The notes beneath the pieces were generated by a model, which ran no database searches, was not told the DNA's origin, and saw nothing but the letters and a program-made list of their open reading frames with translations. Below, one piece after another: positions 1-9,001 of a DNA stretch of 64,000 nucleotides (positions within the stretch are counted from its first letter, which is position 1; each line of letters opens with the position of its first letter). The translations under genes and the position numbers were made by a program. Origin of the DNA: Chloroflexia bacterium (GTDB lineage: Bacteria; Chloroflexota; Chloroflexia; DTKN01). The stretch covers positions 15,072 through 79,071 of the forward strand of contig DAOTVY010000045.1 of assembly GCA_034436115.1 (NCBI GenBank), written 5' to 3'.

Positions 1-470
1 CGAAGAGCGGTACTAGGGTGATCACGCGCGCCCGGGGAAAGAAGAGGAAATAAGCGGCCAACACGCCGCTGATCGCCCCACTCGCGCCAACGGTGGGCAC
101 GTTGGACGAAGCGTTGAAGGCCACGTGTACCGCTGCCGCTCCGGTGCCGCACAAGAGGTAAAAGACCAGGTACCGCCCTGAACCCATCCGATCCTCGACG
201 TTGTCGCCAAAGATGTACAGCGCGAGCATATTGCTGATCAGATGCGCCCAACCGGCGTGCAGGAACATCGAGGTGAATAGGGTGGGCCAAAGGGTGAGCG
301 GATGGCGTAGCAGGCGGGCCGGCGCCAGGGCCAGGACATTGACCCAGGCTTTTTGTGCTCCCGGACCGAGGAAAAGCAATCCCAGAAAGACCGCCACATT
401 CGCCAGGATGAGAGTCCAGTTAACCACGGGGAAGGAACGGGAGCGGATTGTATCCTGTAACGGGATCATG
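1..470 (-). CDS. Rhomboid-family intramembrane serine protease; the 3' end runs off the window start, so it is not in the ORF track
   Basis: Own translation of the minus strand from the ATG at 470: MIPLQDTIRSRSFPVVNWTLILANVAVFLG...HAGWAHLISNMLALYIFGDNVEDRMG...GASGAISGVLAAYFLFFP. The GASGAISG (GxSG) serine motif and multiple TM helices are typical of rhomboid proteases. Confidence 0.6.
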
Positions 471-831
471 GCTATATCCTGTTCTCACGCTTTGCACACC
501 TGACCGGATCGACCCCGGGCCAACGCCATTGTAGCCCGGTGCGCAGGCTCCGTCAAGAGCCCCGCGAGGATCGGGAACGCATACCGGGTTTTGACCTCAG
601 GGTAATCCATCGAAAGGCCGAGGCCTTGGAGGGCCGCGTTGCACGGCAACCGGTTGCTCTAGCCGGACGGTGTGCGCGTGGCCGGCTCTACCGCCTCCCG
701 CTCTGTGTTGGGGAAAACCGGCTATCTAAGGTGACGATCTCTTGCTCCATCGCACGGTTGCGCCCCAGCCCGCCGTCGGGTATAATGGGCCCGCCCTGGG
801 GGCTGGATGCCCCAGGCAGGAGGCTTTCGCG

Positions 832-1944
832 ATGACGAAATCCCGTGTAGCCGTCCTCCGTACCCGCCCCGAAACCGTGCTGGACGACTATGTACGGTTG
901 TTCGAACTGGCCGGCGGGCGTGAGGCGCTCGCTCCCGGAGTAACGACCATCCTCAAGGACAACATCTCCTGGCACTTCCCCATGCCGAGCGCGAACACCA
1001 CCCCCTGGCAATTGGAGGGAGCCATCCTCGCTCTGCGTCGGGCCGGCTTCAGCGACCTGGTCGCGGTGCAGAACGACACGCCGGTCATCAACGCCTTTAA
1101 GGGACAGGACCTGAACGGGTATGTCCCGATCTTTCGCCATTACGGGATCCGCGTCCTCTTTAACTTCCGCAGTGAGGACATGCAATGGATCCCTTACCAG
1201 CCGCGCTCGCCCATGCTGGCTTTGGACCACATTTTCCCCGAGGGGATCCGCATCCCCGACTATTTCTTGGGTAAGAACATTGTCCATCTTCCTACCTGCA
1301 AGACGCACATCTACACCACCACCACCGGGGCGATGAAGAACGCCTTCGGAGGCTTGCTGGCCAGGCATCGTCACTATACCCATACCTGGATCCACGAGAC
1401 CCTGGTGGACCTCCTGACCATCCAGAAAGAGATCCACCCAGGGATCTTTGCCTTTATGGACGGCACCACCGCCGGGAACGGCCAGGGCCCGCGCACCATG
1501 ATGCCTGTGGTGAAAAACGTAATCCTGGCCTCTGCTGACCAGGTCGCGATCGATGCGGTCGCCGCGCGCCTGATGGGTTTCGACCCGCTGCAGATCCGCT
1601 ACATCCGCCTGGCGCACGAACGGGGCCTGGGGATCGGGGATGTGCGGGAGATCGAGGTGGTCGGGGACGACATCTCCGGCGAGAACTGGGGGTTCCGCGT
1701 CGGATGGAACCTCCACCGCTTCCTGGCCTGGATGGGCTGGTACGGGCCGACGCGTTTCCTGCAAAAGTTGATCTTCCGCACGCGCTTTGTGGCGATCCCG
1801 GTCTTTATCTCCGAGTTCAACCACGATTGCATCCAATGGCCGCTGCGCTTCCGGCGCATCTACGAGCGCTGGCGCGCCGAAACGCCCTGGGGACAGCTCT
1901 TCCAGCGCTACCAGCGCGAGGGGCACCTGGGATCCGCTTCCTAG
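832..1944 (+). CDS. DUF362 domain-containing protein
   Basis: 371 aa from MTKSRVAVLRTRPE. The sequence resembles the DUF362 family by eye. The ORF-track ORF begins upstream at 742; the ATG at 832 is chosen as start. Confidence 0.55.
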   Translation: MTKSRVAVLRTRPETVLDDYVRLFELAGGREALAPGVTTILKDNISWHFPMPSANTTPWQLEGAILALRRAGFSDLVAVQNDTPVINAFKGQDLNGYVPIFRHYGIRVLFNFRSEDMQWIPYQPRSPMLALDHIFPEGIRIPDYFLGKNIVHLPTCKTHIYTTTTGAMKNAFGGLLARHRHYTHTWIHETLVDLLTIQKEIHPGIFAFMDGTTAGNGQGPRTMMPVVKNVILASADQVAIDAVAARLMGFDPLQIRYIRLAHERGLGIGDVREIEVVGDDISGENWGFRVGWNLHRFLAWMGWYGPTRFLQKLIFRTRFVAIPVFISEFNHDCIQWPLRFRRIYERWRAETPWGQLFQRYQREGHLGSAS

Positions 1945-1968
1945 CGTGCTGCGGCAAGGACAAACGGG

Positions 1969-2574
1969 ATGGACCTGGAAGCTTTGGTCGAGCGATCTTT
2001 CCGCGAAAGCACCGCCCTGAAGGCCCGGGTCGTGGAGGAACAGGCTGAGGCCATCGCGGCGATGGCGCGCGCGCTTGCGGAAGCCCTGGGCCGCGGCGGA
2101 AAGGTGCTTCTGTGCGGCAATGGCGGAAGCGCGGCGGATGCCCAGCACCTGGCGGCCGAGCTGGTGAACCGCTTCCAGCGCGAACGGCCGGCCCTGCCGG
2201 CGATCGCCTTGACCACCGATACCTCCGTGCTCACCGCCACCGCCAACGACCGCGCCTTCGACCAGGTCTTTTCCCGACAGGTGGAGGCGCTTGGCCGGCC
2301 GGGCGACGTCCTCCTCCTCCTGAGCACCTCGGGCCGTTCCCCCAACCTGCACCGCGCTGCACGGGCGGCGCGCGATCGCGGCCTGACCGTGCTGGGACTG
2401 TTGGGCGGAGATGGGGGCGGACTGGATGCCTGCTGCGACCTGGCCCTGGTCGTCCCTTCCAGTAACCCGCCCCGCGTCCAGGAAGTGCACATCCTGATCG
2501 GGCATATCCTCTGCGAGGCAGTAGAAGCGTCCCTTTTCGGCGATGGTAGCCCGGATTACGGCACCAGCACCTGA
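1969..2574 (+). CDS. gmhA: D-sedoheptulose-7-phosphate isomerase (phosphoheptose isomerase, SIS domain)
   Basis: 201 aa. GKVLLCGNGGSAADAQHLAAEL and LLLLSTSGRSPN motifs closely match GmhA. Confidence 0.75.
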   Translation: MDLEALVERSFRESTALKARVVEEQAEAIAAMARALAEALGRGGKVLLCGNGGSAADAQHLAAELVNRFQRERPALPAIALTTDTSVLTATANDRAFDQVFSRQVEALGRPGDVLLLLSTSGRSPNLHRAARAARDRGLTVLGLLGGDGGGLDACCDLALVVPSSNPPRVQEVHILIGHILCEAVEASLFGDGSPDYGTST

Positions 2575-2599
2575 AGTGTTCCAAAATGATCTCGGATCC

Positions 2600-2628
2600 T
2601 TGCCGCCCGGAAGGAATTGTGATAGAAT
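2600..2628 (+). promoter_or_regulatory. Sigma-70-like promoter TTGCCG-N17-TAGAAT upstream of the small ORF and CODH/ACS cluster
   Basis: Hexamers read directly with 17-nt spacing, about 50 nt upstream of the 2681 start. Confidence 0.35.
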
Positions 2629-2680
2629 GCACACCGCAACCGAACCGTCCAGCCACAGTTTGACCTAAGGAGGCTGCTCG

Positions 2681-3013
2681 ATGGAGAAGGTGTCCTTCCC
2701 CGTGCCGCGGATGTACGCAGACCATCATGTCCTGCGCGTCCGCGAGATCCTCTCCCAGATCCCAGGGATTGGCGAGATCTTTGCCAGTTCTGCCCTGAAA
2801 CGGGTCTTCCTCACCTACGACCCGGCCGCTACCTCGCTGGAAGCGATCCAGCAGGCGCTCAAGGCTGCCGGGTATGGACCGGACGATCCCCTCGAACTCC
2901 CGAACCTGACGCCGGCGAAAGATGACGGTTCCTTCTGGCACACGCTTCGCCCGCGGGTGACCCGCACGAACCGCCTGGACATCGAGATGTCGGGCGACTT
3001 CCGGAAGTACTGA
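2681..3013 (+). CDS. Hypothetical 110-aa protein leading the CODH/ACS gene cluster
   Basis: AGGAGG RBS 7 nt upstream of the ATG. The protein has no Cys. Family not recognised. Confidence 0.5.
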   Translation: MEKVSFPVPRMYADHHVLRVREILSQIPGIGEIFASSALKRVFLTYDPAATSLEAIQQALKAAGYGPDDPLELPNLTPAKDDGSFWHTLRPRVTRTNRLDIEMSGDFRKY

Positions 3014-3099
3014 TGCGTTGCCGGCCAGGAATCCTTTTCGGTGCACGGCCGCGCGAGTGGCCGGAACGGGCCGGCCGTTGAGCATGCTGAGGTGAGACG

Positions 3100-5088
3100 A
3101 TGGCAATCAAGAGTAGGGATCCTGCGGTAATGGCGATGCTGGAGCGTGCCGAGCAGGAAGGGCTCAGCACCGCTTTCAGCCGCGCGGAAGCGCTCAAGCC
3201 CTGCCCGATCGGGCACATCGGCCAGTGCTGCAAGGTGTGCCATATGGGCCCCTGCCGCCTGACCAAACCGGGACAGACCGGGATCTGTGGTGCCACCCTG
3301 GAGACGGTGACCGCGCGCAACCTGGCGCGCATCGTGGCCGGCGGGGCAGCTGCCCACTCCGACCACTGCCGGGATCTTGCCTTTACCTTGCTGGCCGTCG
3401 CCGAGGGCGAAGCCCCTGACTATTTTATCCGCGATACCGGCAAATTGCGCGAGGTGGCCACCTTCCTGGGCGTCCCGGTGGAAAAGCGGGAGACGCTGGA
3501 GATCGCCCACGACGTGGCTGTAAAGATGATCGGGGAATTCGGGAAACAGCGAGGCGAGCTGATTTACCTGCAGCGCGCGCCCCAGCCCCGCCAGGAGATC
3601 TGGCGCCGGCTCGACATCGCGCCCCGCGGGATCGACCGCGAGGTGGTGGACATCCTCCACCGCACCCACGTGGGGGACGATCAGGATTACGAGCACATCC
3701 TCCTGGCCACCCTGCGCTGTGCCCTTTCCGACGGCTGGGGCGGCTCCATGATGGCGACCGACCTGACCGATATCCTATTTGGGACCCCAACCCCGCTCGA
3801 AACTCAGGCAAACCTGGGCATCCTCAGCCCCGACAGCGTGAACATCGTCGTGCACGGGCACGAACCCACCCTCTCCGAGATGATCGCCTTCGTCTGCAAC
3901 GACCCGGAGATGATCGCCTACGCGCAGAGCAAGGGGGCCAAGGGGATCAACCTCGCCGGGATCTGCTGCACGGCCAACGAGGTGCTGATGCGCTTGGGTG
4001 TGGGGTCGGTCGGGAACTTCCTGAGCCAGGAACTGGCGATGATGACCGGCGCCGTAGAGCTGATGGTTGTGGACGTGCAGTGCATCATGGAGGCGCTTGC
4101 CCCGCTGTCCAAGCGCTACCACACCAAGCTGGTCACTACCTCCCCGAAGGTCAAGATCCACGGCGCGATCCATATCGAGTTCGACGAGCACCGTGCCCGA
4201 GAGATCGCCAAAGAGATCGTGCGCATGGCGATCGACAACTTTCCTAACCGGGGGCCGACCTACATCCCGGATTTCAAGAGCCGCCTGATTGCGGGCTTTT
4301 CCCACGAGTATGTGAACTATGCCCTGGGCGGCTATTACCGGGGCTCGTTCCGGCCGCTGAACGACGCCATCATGCAGGGGCGCCTCCGCGGCGTGGCCGG
4401 CGTGGTGGGCTGCAACAACCCGCGCACCTGCGAACAGGATGCCTACCACCAGTACCTGGTGCGCGAGTTCATCCGCAACGATGTCCTGGTGGTCCAGACG
4501 GGCTGCGGGGCCCTTTCCTCCGCCAAGTACGGCCTGCTCACCCCCGAAAAGGCGTTTGAGGAAGCCGGACCTGGGCTGCGTGAGATCTGCGAGGCGGTGG
4601 GAATCCCACCCGTCCTCCACCTCGGCTCGTGTGTGGACAACAGCCGCATCCTGACGATCCTCACCCAGATGGCGACCGAAGGAGGACTGGGCACCGACAT
4701 CAGCGACATCCCGGGCGTCGGGATCGCCCCAGAGTGGATGAGCGAGAAGGCCGTATCGATCGGTTGCTACTTCGTCGCCTCCGGCGTCTATACGATTTTT
4801 GGCGGCACCAGCCCGGTGGCGGGAAGCGAGGTGGTCAGCCGCCACATCAGCCAGGGCTGGGAAGAGCAGGTCGGCGGCAAGCTCGAGTTCATCGAGGATC
4901 CCGACGAGATCCTTGCCCGTTCTTTCGCCCATATCGACGCCAAGCGTCAGGCCCTGGGCCTGCCGGAGTATGACCCGAGCCGCTACGGCACAAGTGGCGA
5001 TGCCCTCATGATGCGCTATCTGAAGGCGCTCGAGATGGGCCTGCCCGTTAGCCCCTACAGCACCAAGGGGCTGGAGCAAGTCGGTTAG
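3100..5088 (+). CDS. cooS: Anaerobic Ni-dependent carbon-monoxide dehydrogenase catalytic subunit (CooS/AcsA)
   Basis: 662 aa. N-terminal CPIGHIGQCCKVCHMGPCRL cysteine cluster is characteristic of Ni-CODH. Sits immediately upstream of acsB. Confidence 0.9.
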   Translation: MAIKSRDPAVMAMLERAEQEGLSTAFSRAEALKPCPIGHIGQCCKVCHMGPCRLTKPGQTGICGATLETVTARNLARIVAGGAAAHSDHCRDLAFTLLAVAEGEAPDYFIRDTGKLREVATFLGVPVEKRETLEIAHDVAVKMIGEFGKQRGELIYLQRAPQPRQEIWRRLDIAPRGIDREVVDILHRTHVGDDQDYEHILLATLRCALSDGWGGSMMATDLTDILFGTPTPLETQANLGILSPDSVNIVVHGHEPTLSEMIAFVCNDPEMIAYAQSKGAKGINLAGICCTANEVLMRLGVGSVGNFLSQELAMMTGAVELMVVDVQCIMEALAPLSKRYHTKLVTTSPKVKIHGAIHIEFDEHRAREIAKEIVRMAIDNFPNRGPTYIPDFKSRLIAGFSHEYVNYALGGYYRGSFRPLNDAIMQGRLRGVAGVVGCNNPRTCEQDAYHQYLVREFIRNDVLVVQTGCGALSSAKYGLLTPEKAFEEAGPGLREICEAVGIPPVLHLGSCVDNSRILTILTQMATEGGLGTDISDIPGVGIAPEWMSEKAVSIGCYFVASGVYTIFGGTSPVAGSEVVSRHISQGWEEQVGGKLEFIEDPDEILARSFAHIDAKRQALGLPEYDPSRYGTSGDALMMRYLKALEMGLPVSPYSTKGLEQVG

Positions 5089-5103
5089 GAGAAGGAGGAC
5101 GCG

Positions 5104-7383
5104 ATGTCGCGGTATATCGCAACGGCTGCGATCCGGGGGGCCAACGCCATCGTCCAAGAGGCCGAGGACATGTTGGCCAAGGCGATTGCCGAACTGGGGC
5201 CGGAAACCCCGGTCGCTTTCACAAACACCGCCTACTACCTCCCCGTGATCTACGGGTTTACGGGCATCGAGGTCACCAAACTCGGCGATCTGGTCCCGGT
5301 GCTCCAGCACGCCCGCTCCCTGCTCCACCCCGTCCCGGCAGACGAAAACTGGCTCCCCTACCTGGGCGAGGCGCTGGACTGTGGGGTCGCGACCCTGCTG
5401 GCCGAAGAGGCGATCATGGGGATCCGCTTCGCCCGCGGGGAGCAGCCCGAGCGCATCCCGGGATTGGTACTCACGGGTACTTCCTTCACCAGCCCCGACG
5501 CCGAAACCGGGGAGGCTGGCGGCTACGCCAACGGGCCGATCGACGACATCCAGCTCCGTGCCTGGGGTATCCAGCTCGTGGACGGCCGTATGCCAGGGTT
5601 CGCCGCCATCGTCGGCGCCGCCAAATCCAACGAGGTGGCGGTAGAAATCGTGCGGCAACTCCAGCAGCGCAACATCCTGGTGTTCCTTTCCGGGAACGTC
5701 AACGGCCGCAGCATCATCCACCAGCTGATGGAAGAAGGGGTAGAGCTGGGCTACGACACCTATACCGTCCCCTTCGGCACGGATACGATCTCGGCGATCT
5801 ATGCCCTGGGCTTTGCCACCCGCTCGGCGCTCACGTTCGGCGGCAAGAAGGGTGGGCAGGCGCGCGAGATCCTGCTGTACAACAAGTACCGCGTCTTTGC
5901 CTTCGTCCTGGCCCTGGGAGAGGTGGATGACCTGAAGTACGCCACCGCCGCCGGCGCCATCTCCTACGGCTTTCCCACCATCGCTGACACGATTATCCCC
6001 CAGATCCTGCCCACGGGCGTCACCCAATACGAGCACGTGATCTCCATGCCCTTTGATGACATCCCCGGTGAAAACGACATCGAGCGCGCCAAGAAGCTCG
6101 TGCAAAAGTGCATCGAGGTGCGCGGCGTCAAGGTCAAGATCGCCGAGGTGCCTATCCCCGTCCCCTACGGCTCGGCCTTCGAGGGGGAGCGCGTACGGCG
6201 CGAGGACATGCGCATCGAGTTCGGTGGCAAGCATGCCCGCTGCTTCGAGTATCTGCGTATGGTCGACCTCAACGAGTGCGAAGACGGCAAGGTCACCGTC
6301 GTTGGGCCGGGGATCGAGAGCGTGCCCGAGGGCGGGGCGATGGATATGGGGATCGTCGTCGAAGTGGCCGGCCGCAAGATGCAGCTCGACTTCGAACCCG
6401 TGCTCGAGCGCCAGATCCACTACTTCATCAACGGCGCCTCCGGCATCCAGCATATCGGCCAGCGCGATATCGCCTGGATTCGCATCTCCAAGGCGGCCTT
6501 CGAGAAGGGCTTTCGCCTGGAGCATTTTGGCAAGATCCTCCACGCGCGCTTCCACGCCGACTTTGGCGCCATCGTGGACAAGGTCCAGGTCACGATCTAC
6601 ACCGACAAAGCCGAGATCGAGAAATGGCTCGCGCGGGCGCGCGAGGCCTACAACTACCGCAACCAGCGCCTGGCCGACCTGGTGGACGAGGCGGTGGAGG
6701 AATTCTACTCCTGCACGCTGTGCCAGTCGTTTGCCCCCAACCACGTGTGCATCGTCTCGCCAGAGCGCCTGGGGCTGTGCGGCGCCTACAACTGGCTCGA
6801 CTGCAAGGCCTCGTTCCAGATTAACCCCACGGGCCCCAACCAGCCGGTCCCCAAGGGGCGCTGCCTGGACCCGGTCAAGGGCTACTTCGACAAGGTGAAC
6901 GAGTTCGTCTACAAGACCTCCCACGGCACCGTGGAACAGGTCAGCATGTACTCGATCGTCGAGAACCCGATGACCGCCTGCGGCTGCTTCGAGTGCATCG
7001 CGATGGTGATCCCCGAGGCCAACGGCATCATGGTCGTCTCCCGCGAGGACCCCAGCATGACGCCAGCCGGCATGACCTTCTCCACCCTGGCCGGCATGGC
7101 GGGAGGCGGCCTGCAGACCCCCGGCGTCATGGGCGTGGGCAAGTACTACCTGCTCAGCAAAAAGTTCATCTCCGCGGATGGCGGCTTTAAGCGGGTCGTC
7201 TGGCTCTCATCCATCCTCAAGCAGACGATGGCCGAGGAGCTGAAGCAGGTGGCGATCCGCGAGGGGGACCCCGACCTGATCGACAAGATCGCCGACGAAC
7301 GGGTGGCGACCTCCGTGGACGAGCTCCTGGCCTACCTGGAGGAAAAGGGCCACCCGGCGCTGACGATGCCGCCGCTTTTCTAG
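5104..7383 (+). CDS. acsB: CO-methylating acetyl-CoA synthase (A-cluster subunit AcsB)
   Basis: 759 aa. ACGCFEC motif (Cys-Gly-Cys A-cluster bridging cysteines). GGAGG RBS. Confidence 0.9.
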   Translation: MSRYIATAAIRGANAIVQEAEDMLAKAIAELGPETPVAFTNTAYYLPVIYGFTGIEVTKLGDLVPVLQHARSLLHPVPADENWLPYLGEALDCGVATLLAEEAIMGIRFARGEQPERIPGLVLTGTSFTSPDAETGEAGGYANGPIDDIQLRAWGIQLVDGRMPGFAAIVGAAKSNEVAVEIVRQLQQRNILVFLSGNVNGRSIIHQLMEEGVELGYDTYTVPFGTDTISAIYALGFATRSALTFGGKKGGQAREILLYNKYRVFAFVLALGEVDDLKYATAAGAISYGFPTIADTIIPQILPTGVTQYEHVISMPFDDIPGENDIERAKKLVQKCIEVRGVKVKIAEVPIPVPYGSAFEGERVRREDMRIEFGGKHARCFEYLRMVDLNECEDGKVTVVGPGIESVPEGGAMDMGIVVEVAGRKMQLDFEPVLERQIHYFINGASGIQHIGQRDIAWIRISKAAFEKGFRLEHFGKILHARFHADFGAIVDKVQVTIYTDKAEIEKWLARAREAYNYRNQRLADLVDEAVEEFYSCTLCQSFAPNHVCIVSPERLGLCGAYNWLDCKASFQINPTGPNQPVPKGRCLDPVKGYFDKVNEFVYKTSHGTVEQVSMYSIVENPMTACGCFECIAMVIPEANGIMVVSREDPSMTPAGMTFSTLAGMAGGGLQTPGVMGVGKYYLLSKKFISADGGFKRVVWLSSILKQTMAEELKQVAIREGDPDLIDKIADERVATSVDELLAYLEEKGHPALTMPPLF

Positions 7384-7406
7384 CGGTGCTCGTGCAAGGC
7401 TCCGAT

Positions 7407-7439
7407 CGATGCCGCAGCCAGCCCTCGGCTGCGGCATCG
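7407..7439 (+). terminator. Perfect 13-bp GC-rich inverted repeat (CGATGCCGCAGCC / GGCTGCGGCATCG, 7-nt loop) just after the acsB stop
   Basis: Read directly. No U-tract follows, so it may be an intrinsic terminator or attenuator variant, or an RNA processing site. Confidence 0.3.
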
Positions 7440-7458
7440 CGCTGAACGGGAAAAGCAG

Positions 7459-7487
7459 TTGCGCGGCCCCAACCCCTGTAGTACAAT
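7459..7487 (+). promoter_or_regulatory. Candidate internal promoter TTGCGC-N17-TACAAT ahead of the CBS-acsD-acsC genes
   Basis: Hexamers with 17-nt spacing, 70 nt upstream of the GTG start at 7558. Confidence 0.3.
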
Positions 7488-7557
7488 ATGGGCCGGCCAG
7501 CTGGAGGCGCCCTGGCATAGAGGTGGTTTACGATCAGGACGGATCAGGAGGTAGGCC

Positions 7558-7983
7558 GTGCCGGACTATTTGCAAAAAACCGCGGTACGCGAGGTGATGC
7601 ATCGGGGCGTCATTACCTGCACCCCCGAAACTGCCTTGAAAGAGGTAGCTCGGATCATGAACGCTACCGACGTTCACGCCCTCATCGTGGTCAACGAGCG
7701 TAACGAGGTCCAGGGGATCGTCTCCCACATGGATATGCTCCGGGCTTTTGGCCAGGACCTCTACGCGCTCAAAGCCCAGGATGTGATGACGAAAGAGGTG
7801 CTGAGCATCGAACCCGATGCACCGCTCGCGGAAGCGGTCCGGATGATGCTCGACCACCGCGTACACCGCCTGCTCGTCGCCCGCATCGAGGGCGGGGCGA
7901 AGATCCCGGTCGGCGTGATCTCCACCACCGATGTGATCGACGCCATGTGGGGCCGGCCGTGGCTATGGGAGCGGCCAGCGTAA
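7558..7983 (+). CDS. Stand-alone CBS-pair domain protein
   Basis: 141 aa with two CBS motifs (VMHRGVITCTPETALKEVARIM...; VMTKEVLSIEPDAPLAEAV...HRLLV). GTG start with GGAGG RBS. Confidence 0.7.
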   Translation: MPDYLQKTAVREVMHRGVITCTPETALKEVARIMNATDVHALIVVNERNEVQGIVSHMDMLRAFGQDLYALKAQDVMTKEVLSIEPDAPLAEAVRMMLDHRVHRLLVARIEGGAKIPVGVISTTDVIDAMWGRPWLWERPA

Positions 7984-8026
7984 GGTCGCACGGGATCGAG
8001 GAAGAACCCCGAAAAAGGAGGACCCT

Positions 8027-8998
8027 ATGCCTGTCGAGATCCCCAAGGAGAACTGGACGAGCCAGGTGCTTGAGGTCACGCTTGGAGCAACGCCGGAACA
8101 GGGAGGGACCCGCGGCCGCACCGTCACCGTCGGGGGCGAAAGCACCCTGCCCTTCCTGCACTATGAGGGGGAAATGCCCCACCGTCCGGTCGTTGCGGTC
8201 GAGGTGCTCGACCGCTACCCCGACGACTGGTCCCCGCTTCTCCTCGAGGCGTGGGGCGAAGCCGCCCACGATCCGGTCGCCTGGGCGGCCCAGGGAGTGG
8301 CCAACGGTGCGGACCTCGTCTGCCTGCGCCTGGAAGGAGCCCATCCGGACCGCGACGGCCGCTCGCCGGCCGAGGCGGCACAAACCGTCAAAAGCGTCCT
8401 CAAGGGTGTTGAGGTTCCCCTGATCGTGTTGGGGCCTGGCCAGCCGGAAGCCGATAACGAGGTGCTCGTCGCGGTGGCCGAGGCGACCAGCGGGGAACGC
8501 CTCGCTTTGGGCCTCTGCGAGGACAAGAACTACCGTACCATCGTGGCGGCGGCGCTCGCCCATCAGCATCTGGTCATCGCCAGTTCTCCGATCGATGTGA
8601 ACCTGGCCAAGCAGCTGAACATCCTGATCAGCGATATGGGGCTGCCTCTGGAGCGCATCCTCATCGACCCGACGACCGGGGCCCTGGGCTATGGGCTAGA
8701 GTACACCTACTCGGTGATGGAGCGGCTCCGCATCGCCGCGCTGAGCGGAGACCGATTGACCCAGCTCCCCTTCTTCTGTACCGCGGGGCTGGAATCGTGG
8801 CGGCAGAAAGAGTCCAAGGTTGGAGAGGGTGTCCCGGCCTCCTGGGGCGATTTTCGGGAACGCGCCATCGCCTGGGAGGTGATGACGGCGACCGCGCTCC
8901 TCATGGCCGGCGCGGACATCCTCGTGCTCCGCCATCCGGAGAGCATTCGGCGAGTGGTGCGGATCATCGATCGCCTGATGGGGACCAAGGAGGCGTAA
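8027..8998 (+). CDS. acsD: Corrinoid iron-sulfur protein small subunit (AcsD/CdhD)
   Basis: 323 aa, similar to CFeSP delta subunits. AGGAGG RBS. Lies between acsB and acsC. Confidence 0.8.
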   Translation: MPVEIPKENWTSQVLEVTLGATPEQGGTRGRTVTVGGESTLPFLHYEGEMPHRPVVAVEVLDRYPDDWSPLLLEAWGEAAHDPVAWAAQGVANGADLVCLRLEGAHPDRDGRSPAEAAQTVKSVLKGVEVPLIVLGPGQPEADNEVLVAVAEATSGERLALGLCEDKNYRTIVAAALAHQHLVIASSPIDVNLAKQLNILISDMGLPLERILIDPTTGALGYGLEYTYSVMERLRIAALSGDRLTQLPFFCTAGLESWRQKESKVGEGVPASWGDFRERAIAWEVMTATALLMAGADILVLRHPESIRRVVRIIDRLMGTKEA

Positions 8999-9001
8999 AC
9001 C

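Noticed and set aside
201-503. 100-aa plus-strand ORF at the window start
   Set aside because: Lies antisense to the rhomboid protease coding region. No RBS or motifs.
688-2634. 648-aa minus-strand ORF antisense to the DUF362 and gmhA genes
   Set aside because: Gly/Arg/Ala-rich low-complexity translation with no motifs. Typical long antisense ORF artefact of a 67% GC genome; the sense-strand genes have clear homology and RBSs.
6053-6898. Ser/Arg/Thr-rich 281-aa plus-strand ORF inside acsB in another frame
   Set aside because: Alternate-frame read of the acsB coding sequence. Extremely biased composition.
3775-6924. 1049-aa minus-strand ORF spanning cooS and acsB
   Set aside because: Antisense to two unmistakable enzymes (Ni-CODH and ACS). 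Repetitive Asp/Gly/Arg/Ala-rich composition. High-GC artefact.
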